From Alphaproteobacteria bacterium (lineage in GTDB: Bacteria; Pseudomonadota; Alphaproteobacteria; Bin95): a stretch of 64,000 nucleotides of DNA. This document shows, piece by piece, positions 35,541 through 47,355 of the stretch. The DNA lies in contig CAXXWS020000003.1 in assembly GCA_963665325.3 (NCBI GenBank), positions 192,001 to 256,000 of the forward strand, written 5' to 3'. The notes below the pieces were generated by a model. The model was not told the origin of the DNA. It was given only the letters and a program-made list of their open reading frames with translations, and made no database searches. How positions within the stretch are numbered: position 1 is the stretch's first letter; the number at the start of each line of letters is the position of its first letter. The position numbers and the translations under genes are program-made.

Positions 35541-36091
35541 GGCCTCCCCCAAGCCCCGAAGGTCCTGGAAAATCCCCAAACAGTGCCTGCGGCCAACGAA
35601 AACGGTGTTCGAACGAAGGACGGGACACTACACAATTGAAGATAATGTTTGTGTAAGTGTTTGAATAAAATAAATGAGCTTTTTATAATATTGGATGGAA
35701 TTTCGCCATGTCAACCGTCGGGATTCGTGCTGTCTTGCGATGCCTGCGCCGGCCGTTCGGGTCGAAACCCGGCTGGCCTGGAAAAAGAGGGCGGCACGGA
35801 GAATTCGGCCCACACCGAAAGAATTGTGTTCGACCAGACCGGACCGCTTGATACCGTGGCCCGCAACCTCGTACCGTTCTCTACCCGCTTCACGACGCGC
35901 GAAGGACTGAGGTGGCATGTGCAGGATGACTTCAGGCGAGACATGCAGGAAGTTGTAACGACAGGACGCGCCCTCGGTGCGCTGGACCCAGAGTTGAAGC
36001 AAATTCGCTTACGGTACGATTGCGGATGAGCTCGATGCTTCCTGCACAGGTGAGGCGCGAAACACCGTAATGCATTGGTGTATAACCAAGA

Positions 36092-38203
36092 ATGACTGAC
36101 AAGAAGCCCGTCTGCCGAGTAGGTATCGATGTTGGCGGCACCTTCACCGACGCAATCCTCATAAACGAGGACACGGGCGAGACCCGAATCGCCAAAGTCC
36201 CCTCCACCCCCCGGGACCCCTCGATCGGCTTTCTCGCCGCGGTGGAGCGCATCCTGCGCGAGGCGGGCATCGGGGCGGCGGATGTAGGATACCTCGTGCA
36301 TGGGACCACGGTGGCCACCAACGCCATCATCGAGGGAAAGCTGGCCCCTTCCGGCTTCATCACCACGGAGGGGTTCCGGGACATGCTGGAGATCCAGCGC
36401 CAGATCCGGCCTTCCCTCTATGACCTGCTGTTCGAGAAGCCGCGGCCGCTCGCGCCCCGCTACCTGTGTTTCGGTATCCCGGAACGTCTCGATGCGTCCG
36501 GATCGGTGGTGACGCCGCTGGACGAACAGGCGGTTGCCCGGGCGGCCGAAATGCTCAGGAAGGAAGGCGTGGAGGCGCTTGGCGTGTGCTATCTCCACGC
36601 CTACCGCAATCCCGAACACGAGCGGCGCACGCGCGAGATCGTGCACGAGGTCTTCCCGGAAGCGGCAGTCTCGCTCTCCTCGGAGGTCGCCCCCGAGTTC
36701 CGCGAGTATTTCCGGGCCAGCACCACACTCGTCAACGCCGGCGTGCGGCCCATTGTCGAGCGCTATCTCTCCAGCATCGAGGCCCGCCTGCGCGATGCGG
36801 GATTCAGGGGACAGCTGCTGGTCATGCAGTCGAGCGGCGGCGTGCTGACCTTCGAGGCCGCCCGCATCAAGCCCGTGTTCATGGTCGAGTCGGGACCCGC
36901 GGCGGGCGTCATCGTCTCCGCCCACCTCGGCGAGGTGCTGGGTTTCGACAACATCCTGTCCTTCGACATGGGCGGCACGACCGCCAAGACGGGACTCGTC
37001 GAGCACGGCACCCCCGGCATCACCAAGGAGTACGAGGTCGGCACCGCGGCCCGGGCCGAGCACGGCGCCAAGGGCGCCGGCTATCCCATCCGGACCCCGG
37101 TGATCGATCTGGTCGAGATCGGCGCGGGCGGCGGCTCCATCGCGTGGGTGGACACGGGCGGCGTGTTGCGGGTCGGCCCGCAGAGCGCCGGTGCCGATCC
37201 GGCGCCCGCCTGCTACGGGAAAGGAGGGACCGAGCCCACTATCACGGACGCGAACCTCGTGCTGAAGCGCCTCGATCCCGACCATTTCCTCGGCGGCGAG
37301 ATGCGCCTCGACGAGGACGCGGCCTGGCGGGCCATCGAGGAGAAATGCGCGGGCCCGCTCGGCCTGGACGTGGTCTCGGTGGCGCTCGGCATCGTGGAGA
37401 TCGCCAACAGCGCCATGGTCGGCGCGCTCCGGCGCATTTCGATCCAGCGAGGCCACGACCCGCGGGACTTCGTCCTCGTGGCCTTCGGCGGCGCCGGCCC
37501 CGTGCATGCCAACCGCCTCGCCGCAGAGCTCGACATCCCCACCGTGCTCGTTCCCATGAGCCCGGGCACGACCTCGGCCATGGGCCTGCTGGTCACCGAC
37601 ATCAAGCACGACTACTCCGCCACGCTGATACAGCGCACGGACGCCCTCGACCCGGGCCAGGTGGACCGGCTCTATCGCGGGATGGAGGAACGGGGCAGGA
37701 AGGCGCTGCTGGCCGAGGGAATGGGGCATGCGAGCATCGGGTTCGAGCGCCAGGTGGACATGCGGTATGTCGGCCAGAGCTACGAGCTGCCCATACCGCT
37801 CGGCAACGGCGGCGCGGCCGACGCTCTGGCCTCGATGTTGCGGAAGTTTCACGCGGAGCACGAACGCGCATACGGCTTCGCGGCCCCGGAAGAGCCGGTG
37901 GAGTTCGTGACGCTCAGGCTCACCGCGGTCGGCAATATCGAAAAGCCGAAGCTGCGGGAGCTTCGCGCGGGCGGCGGCGATGCGGCGGCGGCCCGGCGCG
38001 CGGTCCGCCAGGTCTATTTCGCGGAGGCCGGCGGTTTCACCGACTGCCCGAGCTACGACCGCTACAGGCTCCCGGCAGGCGGCGCGATTGAAGGGCCGGC
38101 CATCGTGGAGGAGATCGACTCGACCACAGTGATCCACCCGGGCTTCCACGCCGGGGTGGACCGCTTCGGCAACCTCCTCATCCGGCCCGGAAGCCGGTCC
38201 TGA
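36092..38203 (+). CDS. Hydantoinase/oxoprolinase family A subunit (N-methylhydantoinase A-like)
   Basis: GIDVGGTFTD, HGTTVATNA, ESGPAAG, DMGGTT, IGAGGGSIA, FGGAGP and DMRYVGQSYE. Confidence 0.92.
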   Translation: MTDKKPVCRVGIDVGGTFTDAILINEDTGETRIAKVPSTPRDPSIGFLAAVERILREAGIGAADVGYLVHGTTVATNAIIEGKLAPSGFITTEGFRDMLEIQRQIRPSLYDLLFEKPRPLAPRYLCFGIPERLDASGSVVTPLDEQAVARAAEMLRKEGVEALGVCYLHAYRNPEHERRTREIVHEVFPEAAVSLSSEVAPEFREYFRASTTLVNAGVRPIVERYLSSIEARLRDAGFRGQLLVMQSSGGVLTFEAARIKPVFMVESGPAAGVIVSAHLGEVLGFDNILSFDMGGTTAKTGLVEHGTPGITKEYEVGTAARAEHGAKGAGYPIRTPVIDLVEIGAGGGSIAWVDTGGVLRVGPQSAGADPAPACYGKGGTEPTITDANLVLKRLDPDHFLGGEMRLDEDAAWRAIEEKCAGPLGLDVVSVALGIVEIANSAMVGALRRISIQRGHDPRDFVLVAFGGAGPVHANRLAAELDIPTVLVPMSPGTTSAMGLLVTDIKHDYSATLIQRTDALDPGQVDRLYRGMEERGRKALLAEGMGHASIGFERQVDMRYVGQSYELPIPLGNGGAADALASMLRKFHAEHERAYGFAAPEEPVEFVTLRLTAVGNIEKPKLRELRAGGGDAAAARRAVRQVYFAEAGGFTDCPSYDRYRLPAGGAIEGPAIVEEIDSTTVIHPGFHAGVDRFGNLLIRPGSRS

Positions 38204-41200
38204 CGTCGGTAGACGGCCCGCCGCGACGGTAAAGGACAGTTCCGGGGGACCGCCCGGACGTGTTCGGGGGCGAGCCCATCGTCCGCGACATGCCGATATC
38301 GGCGGAACTCATCCTGAGCCTGCTTGCGCCGGCCGTGACACCGGTACCCATTCTGGACGATTCGAAGACCCAACGCTGGCCTTGTCCCGACAACGCCGGA
38401 GACCATCCCGCCCATTGCCTTCTCACACAGACCAACAGACACACCCCGGGTGCACCCTTTCTCGTTTGGTTCCTAATTCCGCTATTCCACCGGCAGAACT
38501 GAACGCCCGTCCATCCACTTTCGAAAACGACGTTCCCCCCCGTCCGCAGCCTCCGCCCCATACCGCGCCAACTCAGGGTTCGCATCCTGCAACCTCTTCA
38601 TTCGTGCCTCCGCTTCCTTAGCCCTGGGAGGGGATACATCGTTCCACACGCACTGCGCTGCCCTAAAAGATGCTGCTGCCTCCTCCTCATTCCCAACCGC
38701 CAATGCCAACTCCCCAACCCAAAACCTTATATAGCCTCTGTTGAGCCGATCTATTTGTCCCCTTCCTTTTTCCAACATTGCTGCCGACTTCAAGTAAACT
38801 TGCTCGGCCGGTCCCAAATCTCCCTTAAAGAACAAGCACCTGCCAAGGTTGCCGTAAAAGGAAGCGTGTTCCCCCCCTTCTTCCTCCCGCGCGGCTAACA
38901 CCTCCTTCAGCTCCCGTCCCGCCAAGAACATTGTCATCGCGTCGCTGAGCCTCCCCCCGTCTCGCAGCGCCAGCGCGAGATTATGTTTCGATGAAAACCC
39001 CGTATCCACTGCCGATCTTTTCTTGAGGCTTTCGCCTTCTTCCCCCCAACTAATCGCCGCCTCGTGCTCGCCGACGTACCATTTTTCGTAACACCGAAGA
39101 TCACAAAGCAAAATATACTGCGCGCTCCTTCCTGGTATCGCCTCCTCGAATCGCCTCAACAGTTCGTCCACTCCTTCATGACCCATCTGAATCATCTGTG
39201 TAAGGCTTCTATGAAACACCGCGTCAAAATCTTTGTACATCGAGCACGCCACCGCCCAATCACAACGAGAAAGTAGGTAACGGACAATTCTGACTAACTC
39301 CTCAGAATATCCCCGATTAGCCAAAGATCCGGCGACGTCCGAAATTGTCTCTACAGCTTCCTCGTAACGCCCGAAGGTGATTTGCAACTCGGCCTTCCGG
39401 ACCCAATACTCTAAGATCGTGAACGCGGGCTCTTGTCCAAGAATGTGTCTAAATCTTCTGATATTTTCCTCGAAAAAAGTTAGAATAGTGCCGATGTATT
39501 TCTCTCTATCCTTTTTTGGGAAATTTGTTCTGACAAAATCCCGGATTATTGGGTGAAGACCGAATAACTTGGTACCATTTGCTTCCGCTCTGACTTCCAC
39601 CAAATGATAAGCATGCAATGTCCGCAATGTTCTATGTAGCCGGTTAAAATTAATCCCATTAATTAGTTGTTCGATATGTTCCTCAGGTTCTGGACGATCC
39701 AACTCGGCCATTGTGCGTAGCACTTGTTGTTGTCTTTCATTCAGCGCGTCCCAGCTAGTCTTCACTGACTGCGGTATCGCATCTCCACCCAAAGGTAACT
39801 GTTGTAATGCCGCCTGTAGACCAACTTTTTGCCAAACTGCTCGCAAAATAATTAAGTTCATCCTCAGCGGATGACCTTTGGTAGAGTTATACAGATCCTT
39901 GGCCAAATGCAGCTCGTCAGACTGAACTCCTCGTGCCTTGATAAATTCCCCCGTTTCTTGCTCCGAAAACCCTTGGAGCGGCAAAACCAATGACCTCTCA
40001 TCACTGACATCAACGTCCGGCCTACAAGTAAACACGAAGGTACATCTATGGGCTCTAGTTTGAATCTCGGAGACAAGTAAATCTAACCCCTTGACCAATT
40101 GCATTGTTTCCAGATCTACGTATTGGTCGACGTTGTCGAATACGAATAAAATTCGTTTGTCTCCGATGAACCTAAATAATATCGCGATGACAGCCTCTAC
40201 ATCGATCGAGTCTATACGTCCGACGTCGACAAAACCATCGGACAGCCTTTCAATGAGCCGCAAAAGTTGCGTGCTTAGGCGATCACTCTCTTCTCTGCAG
40301 TCGCGCCAATCCCACAGCTGATAATCTGCATTCTCAATTGCAGCTTCTTGCACAAGGCGGCCCGCGAGAGCAGATTTTCCTTGGCCTCCAATACCAGTGA
40401 TGAAGATGAGCGGGTTATTGGCGGATCGAAGCGCGGCGAGCTCATGGCTCCGACCAACCCAAGGGGCGATGAAGAGAGGGCTGTCCGGCTCAGGGGCGGT
40501 ATGAGCTAACCGAGGGTGTGCGGTGTGGGCTTTTGAGCGTGGTCTTTGGGAGAGCTCAAACGAAACGATATCGGGGACGGCGCTCGACGGCAAAGAGGTG
40601 GGTGGGTGCACGTAAGGCGTATCGCCGCGGAGATTGCGAAATGCGGCTAAAAGGTCAGAGAAAAGAGTTTGGCAATTGACTCCCTTATATAGCGAAACAC
40701 GTCCTCGATGTATGCCGGAAGAATGCGACGACAAGAGGGCCGACTGGGTGGATTGAATTCTTAGGTCGTCGTTTTCGTGAAAGGTCCAGAGAATATCGGG
40801 GGTGCTTCCTAGATCGGCAATCAAGTCAGTAAGAGTATGGGAGATGACATCATCCCAGCCACCATACCCGACGACGACTAAGGTGGAGGATGCTATGAGT
40901 CGGGCCAGAGAGTGCTTAAGGAGCGGGCGGGGTTGAGTCAATTGCTGGGGTGTGTGGAGGGTGTCAGAACCACGCCAATAGCCGTGTAAATGAACAATAT
41001 GAGTGCCGTCGGAGAAGGTTTGTTGAAGATTGCCGTCGCTCTGTAAGACAGTGTAGTAAGCCTGTCCGCCATGCTTGCGTATAGAAATGTGGATCAAGGG
41101 ATCGAAGTTAGTGGTTAATATTGTGCGGCCAAAGATATCAGGAAAGCTGACAACAAGTTGACCCAATTGATCTGATGCTCGCGGAAGATGCCAAGCTTCC

Positions 41201-41438
41201 GTATCCCGTTCCAATTCTTGATATTTGTCTGAATGATCGTCGACATTGTTTAGATCTAGCGGGGCGGAAAGTAAAGAACAATCGGGCTTTAGGGAGCGAG
41301 CGATGGCGCGAAGCAGTACTTTGGTGACGAATGCGGGGCCGCGGCTGCCGTACAAAAAGTGAAATGCGGATTGATAAGAATTATCCCGGTTTTGCGAGAT
41401 AAGTTGATCAAACTCGGAAAGAGAGGAGGAGGATTCTA

Positions 41439-42275
41439 GGTCGTGTACCCATAAGGTGTTTCGTGATTTTCGAAGATGTGATTCAAGCTCCCAACCTCAG
41501 GGAGCTTGGAGATGGGCCGCTACGATCTGACGGACTTCGAATGGCGTGTGATTGAGCCGCTGCTGCCGAACAAGCCCCGCGGCGTCCCTCGGGTGGACGA
41601 TCGCCGAGTGTTGAACGGCATTCTGTGGGTGCTTCGCACGGGGGCGCCGTGGCGTGACCTCCCGGAGCGCTACGGGCCTTATACGACCTGCTACAACCGG
41701 TTCAACCGCTGGCGCAAGAAGGGCGTCTGGGATCAGTTGATGGATGCGGTGGTGGAGGCTTACGACAGCAACGTGCAGATGATCGACAGTTCGAGCGTCC
41801 GGGTTCACCAGCACGCGGCGGGTGCAAAAAGGGGGGTCCGGATCGTTGCATGGGTCGTTCCCGTGGTGGACTGACCACGAAGATCCACGCCGTGGCGGAC
41901 GTTACCGGTCTGCCGATCCGCTACGACCTCAGCCCCGGCCAGGCACACGACAGCACGACCGCCGGCGCCATGCTGGCGAACCTGCCGCCCGACAGTTTCC
42001 TGATCGCCGACAAGGCCTATGACGCCAAATGGATCCGTGAGCTGATCGAGCAACGCGATGCCGTCGCGATCATCCCCGACCGAGAAGGCGCGAAGACCAG
42101 GCACGCCTTCAGCAAACTGTTGTATCGATTGCGAAATCGTATCGAACGCGCCTTCAACAAGCTCAAGCAGTTCCGCCGCATCGCCACCCGCTACGAAAAG
42201 CTCGCGGCCAACTTCCTGGCCATGATCAAGATCGCAACTATCAGACTCTGGCTACGTGCTTATGAGTCCACGACC
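41439..42275 (+). mobile_element. IS5-family (IS427-group-like) element, 837 bp
   Basis: Inverted repeats GGTCGTGTACCCATAAG and GGTCGTGGACTCATAAG; TA duplicated within a CTAG target. Confidence 0.92.
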
Positions 42276-42278
42276 TAG
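41512..42278 (+). CDS. IS5 transposase in two ORFs joined by a probable -1 frameshift
   Basis: orfA YDLTDFEW...WRDLPERYG...IDSS; orfB GRSRGGLTTKIH...ADKAYD...RNRIERAF; AAAAAGGGGGG at 41826; the stop codon TAG is supplied by the target site. Confidence 0.9.
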
Positions 42279-42626
42279 TTCTTGTCGAACAAGGTCAACC
42301 ATTTCGGAGACGCCAGGTATGCCTGGGCCGCCGCTGGCGTCGGGAAGGGAGAGAGCGGAACCCAATAGAAATGTAACGGGACGGTTAGTGATTGATGAGC
42401 CGGATATAAGGCGCTCTGCGATATGGGACGCGGGGAAAAAGGTGTGTGACATGATCAAAGACTGGAAGCGGATGTCTCAAGGAAACGATGTTGGCAAGGG
42501 TAACGGAAGGCATTGGGTTGGTCTAGAGAAGGGGCGCATTGGACAATCGCCAACTGAGAACCAGAATGCGGCGGCGGCGCGGAAGAGTCTTGCCGGCGAC
42601 AGGGGCGTCGTGCGACGGAAGCCCGC

Positions 42627-44234
<1,608 letters not shown>

Positions 44235-44276
44235 AGGCCCGCCGCGCCTGCGCGATCGGCCAGGGGGGCCGGCCGC

Positions 44277-44678
44277 TCAGGCCGCCTCGTCGGCCTCTTC
44301 GCCGCGCGTGGAGCGCGTGTAGGCCCTGTTGCAATGCTCGGCGCAATAGGGCTTGCCCGGCTCCGCCTCGGCCTTGCAGAAGTGGAAGTCGTCATCCTGC
44401 GGGTCGCCGAAGGGCCAATTGCAGACCGCCTTGCCGAGCGGGGCGAGGCGCACCGGACGGGGCGGCGTCGGCGAGGCCGGCAGGCGGCGGATCGGCGAGG
44501 GGCGCGGCGCGAGCCCCGAACGGTGCGCCTTGCCGACCACTGCATTCTTGGACACGCCGAGGCGGCGGCCGATCTCCGCCGTGCTGGCGCCTGTCGCCCA
44601 GAGTTTGCGCAACTCCAGAACCCGTTCCGTCGTCCAGGTCATCTGTTCCGCCCCGACACTGCGATCGATAGTAGTCAT
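44277..44678 (-). CDS. gcrA: GcrA-family cell cycle regulator (short form)
   Basis: WTTERVLELRKLWATGASTAEIG...SKNAVVGKAHR; CNWPFGDP...FHFC...PYCAEH. Confidence 0.85.
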   Translation of the reverse strand: MTTIDRSVGAEQMTWTTERVLELRKLWATGASTAEIGRRLGVSKNAVVGKAHRSGLAPRPSPIRRLPASPTPPRPVRLAPLGKAVCNWPFGDPQDDDFHFCKAEAEPGKPYCAEHCNRAYTRSTRGEEADEAA

Positions 44679-44885
44679 GGGATAGAGATATACTAGATCC
44701 TGTGGGTTGCCGCAAGCGCTTCCATGCCCGAATTCGGGCTCCAGCAGCGGTGCGCCGGAGGCGGGGCCGCTCATTAGGGCTCGCAATTTTCCGCGGGCGC
44801 TGCTATATAGTGTTGAGACGATTTCTGCGGCGGACCCGGGGAATGGAGCGGTGCGCCGTAGGGCGACGATGGAGCTTCGTGGGTC

Positions 44886-45698
44886 ATGTCGGGCCATTGG
44901 TCTCCGGAAGAGTTACCGTGGGGGGCGTTCGATCCAGAACGGGTCGAGCGGGACCTGATCCCGCTCGTCAAGGCGGCAAGCATGGTCGAGTCCAACGGCC
45001 ATGACTACGCCGCCTATCTGAACCGCGTGTTCGCGGACGATCCTCAGGTCTGCGAGATGATGACGGGCTGGGCGCATGAGGAAGTCCAGCACGGCGTGGT
45101 GCTGGGCCGCTGGGCGAAGCTGGCGGACCCCGGTTTCGATTACGACGCCGCGCTCGCGCGCTTCCGCGCCGGCTATTCCATCCAGATCGACGCCGACGCT
45201 TCCATCCGGGGCTCGCGCACGGGCGAGATGATCGCGCGCTGCATGGTCGAGGTCGGCACCTCCTCCTTCTATTCGGCGCTCGCCGACCGGACGGAGGAAC
45301 CGCTGCTCAAGGCGATCTGCAAGCGCATTGCGGCCGACGAGCTGCGCCACTACGCGCTCTTCTACCGGACGATGAAGCGCTATCTGGAGAATGAGCGCCT
45401 CAACAAGCTCGAGCGCATCCGCATCGCCTTCATGCGCGTCATGGAGACCGAGGACGACGAGCTCGCCTATGCCTGGTTCGCCGCCAATGAGGGCGGCGAC
45501 GCCTATGACCGCAGGCAGTCCAACCGCGCCTATATGCGCGAGAGCTACGCGCTTTACCGCCCGCACCATGCCCGGCGCGGCATGACGATGATCTTCAAGG
45601 CGGTCGGGCTGAAGCCGACCGGGCGGCTCTCGCGCCTCTTGAGCAGGCTTGCGATAACTCTGATAAGCTTCCGCGCCAGGCGGCTGGCCCGCGCCTGA
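44886..45698 (+). CDS. Ferritin-like di-iron protein (acyl-ACP desaturase-like)
   Basis: ExxH motifs WAHEEVQHG and AADELRHY. Confidence 0.8.
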   Translation: MSGHWSPEELPWGAFDPERVERDLIPLVKAASMVESNGHDYAAYLNRVFADDPQVCEMMTGWAHEEVQHGVVLGRWAKLADPGFDYDAALARFRAGYSIQIDADASIRGSRTGEMIARCMVEVGTSSFYSALADRTEEPLLKAICKRIAADELRHYALFYRTMKRYLENERLNKLERIRIAFMRVMETEDDELAYAWFAANEGGDAYDRRQSNRAYMRESYALYRPHHARRGMTMIFKAVGLKPTGRLSRLLSRLAITLISFRARRLARA

Positions 45699-45738
45699 CC
45701 GCCCTCCCGTTCCTCTTTCCGGAAGGACCGTCGCTGTC

Positions 45739-46695
45739 ATGTCCGATCTGCCGAAGTCCGTCTCGATCTCCGAGGAAGGCCCGCGCGAGGGCTTCCAGAT
45801 CGAGCCCGGCCCGATCCCGACCGGGCGCAAGATCGAACTGATCGACGCGCTCTCGGAGACCGGCCTCAAGCGCATCCAGGTCGCCTCCTTCGTCAGCCCG
45901 AGGCATGTACCCGGCTGGGCGGACGCGGACGATGTGGTCGAAGGCTTCCGGCGCGAGCCGGGTGTGGCCTATTCGGTGCTCTGGCTGAACGAGCGTGGCC
46001 TCGACCGGGCGCTCGGCAAGGAGGGCATCGAGATGCGCGGCGCGATCTCCACCTCCGCCTCCGAGACCTTCATGGGCAAGAACACCAATCGCGGCTATGA
46101 GCGCAACCGCGAGGTGCAGAAGAACCAGATCGACACCTATCTCGCCTATGGCATGCCGGTGCGCAAGGCGTCGGTCATGGCCGCTTTCGGATGCAATTTC
46201 GAGGGCGAGGTCCCGGTCGCCAAGGTGCTGGAGGCGGTGCGCGACCTGATGGAGATCGCGGCGGAGAAGGGCGTGGAGATCGGCACGCTTTCGCTCGCCG
46301 ACACGATGGGCTGGGCGCAGCCGGCCTCGATCAAGGCGGTCGTGGGCGCGGTGCGCGAAGAGTGGCCGGACCAGGAAATCGCGCTGCATCTGCACGACAC
46401 GCGCGGCATGGGCATCGCCAACGCCTATGCCGGACTGGAGATGGGGGTGACGAAGTTCGACAGCTCCGTCGCCGGGCTCGGCGGCTGCCCCTTCGCCGCG
46501 CACAAGGGCGCGGCCGGCAATGTCTGCACGGAGGATCTCGTGTTCCTCTGCGAGGAGATGGGCATCGATACGGGCGTGGACCTGGATGCGCTGATCGAGT
46601 GCGCGCGGCTTGCCGAGGACATTGTCGGCCACCCGCTGCCCGGCTCCGTCATGCACGGCGGCTCCCTCTCCCGCTTCCGCGACGCGCGCGCCTGA
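45739..46695 (+). CDS. Hydroxymethylglutaryl-CoA lyase family
   Basis: EEGPREGFQ, LHLHDTRG, GLGGCPFA and GNVCTEDL. Confidence 0.88.
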   Translation: MSDLPKSVSISEEGPREGFQIEPGPIPTGRKIELIDALSETGLKRIQVASFVSPRHVPGWADADDVVEGFRREPGVAYSVLWLNERGLDRALGKEGIEMRGAISTSASETFMGKNTNRGYERNREVQKNQIDTYLAYGMPVRKASVMAAFGCNFEGEVPVAKVLEAVRDLMEIAAEKGVEIGTLSLADTMGWAQPASIKAVVGAVREEWPDQEIALHLHDTRGMGIANAYAGLEMGVTKFDSSVAGLGGCPFAAHKGAAGNVCTEDLVFLCEEMGIDTGVDLDALIECARLAEDIVGHPLPGSVMHGGSLSRFRDARA

Positions 46696-46737
46696 GCCGC
46701 GGCCTCACCCTATTCCGACCCCGGAGGAACCATCCCC

Positions 46738-47319
46738 ATGACTGCGCCTATCGATGCCCACAAGGTCCTGATGACCGGCGAGAACTCCTTCATCCGCATG
46801 AGCCATGACGGCGGCGGCACCATGTCCGACCGCACCAGCCACTGGCGGGTGCTGTGGTGCCCGGCCGGGGCGGGGCATGCGCTGTTCATGCAGGGGGAGC
46901 TCACCGGCGGCGAGACCCGCATCTACAGCGACGACGTCTCCGTCGCCCGCTGGCTGCAGCGCACCATCGAAACGCTGCTGCATCCGCCCTTCGCCGACGA
47001 GTCCGTGCCGGTGCTGCCGGCGGTCTTTACCCGCGAAGGCGACCCGCGCGCGACCACGGTGGAGACGGTGGAGTCGGACGAGGACATCGTGCGCATGACC
47101 TGGTACGACGCGCTCGAGCCCTTCATCCTGAACGGCCCGCCCGGCACGGCCGGCCGGCCGATCGGCGTGCTCTCGACCTTCATTCCCCACGCCTCGGCCC
47201 AGCTTTCGCTCAACGGCCGCTTCGCCGCCGGCGCGCCCTGGCTCGAAAAGCGCGGCGACCACCAGTCGTCGAGCGCCGTGCTGGCCTGGTCGGAATCCTG
47301 GCTCCAGCCGCGCGACTGA
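46738..47319 (+). CDS. Hypothetical protein
   Basis: GGAGG RBS, host-like codon use, co-oriented after the lyase. Confidence 0.75.
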   Translation: MTAPIDAHKVLMTGENSFIRMSHDGGGTMSDRTSHWRVLWCPAGAGHALFMQGELTGGETRIYSDDVSVARWLQRTIETLLHPPFADESVPVLPAVFTREGDPRATTVETVESDEDIVRMTWYDALEPFILNGPPGTAGRPIGVLSTFIPHASAQLSLNGRFAAGAPWLEKRGDHQSSSAVLAWSESWLQPRD

Positions 47320-47355
47320 CCGACCGAAGCCCGGGGCCGCTTTCGGGGCTCCCCG

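Larger units (their letters stand above)
38482..42452 (-). pseudogene. SIR2-like NADase + NB-ARC/STAND ATPase + TPR-like protein (bacterial NLR, Avs-like), interrupted by IS5
   Basis: SIR2 motifs FLLGSALS (5' piece), TTNFD, HLHG and VVGYGG; STAND motifs GIGGQGKS, FVFDNVD, TCR, GHPL and LHPIIRDF; helical C-terminus; removing the IS plus TA gives ...VRQELESSSS... and a 1,043-aa ORF; AT-rich relative to flanks. Confidence 0.85.

Noticed and set aside
35711-38149. 812-aa minus-strand ORF (similarly 42765-44696, 54771-57227 and 57092-58459)
   Set aside because: Antisense to well-supported genes
47326-47355. Terminator hairpin between convergent genes
   Set aside because: Stem is mismatched and has no U-tract; too weak to call
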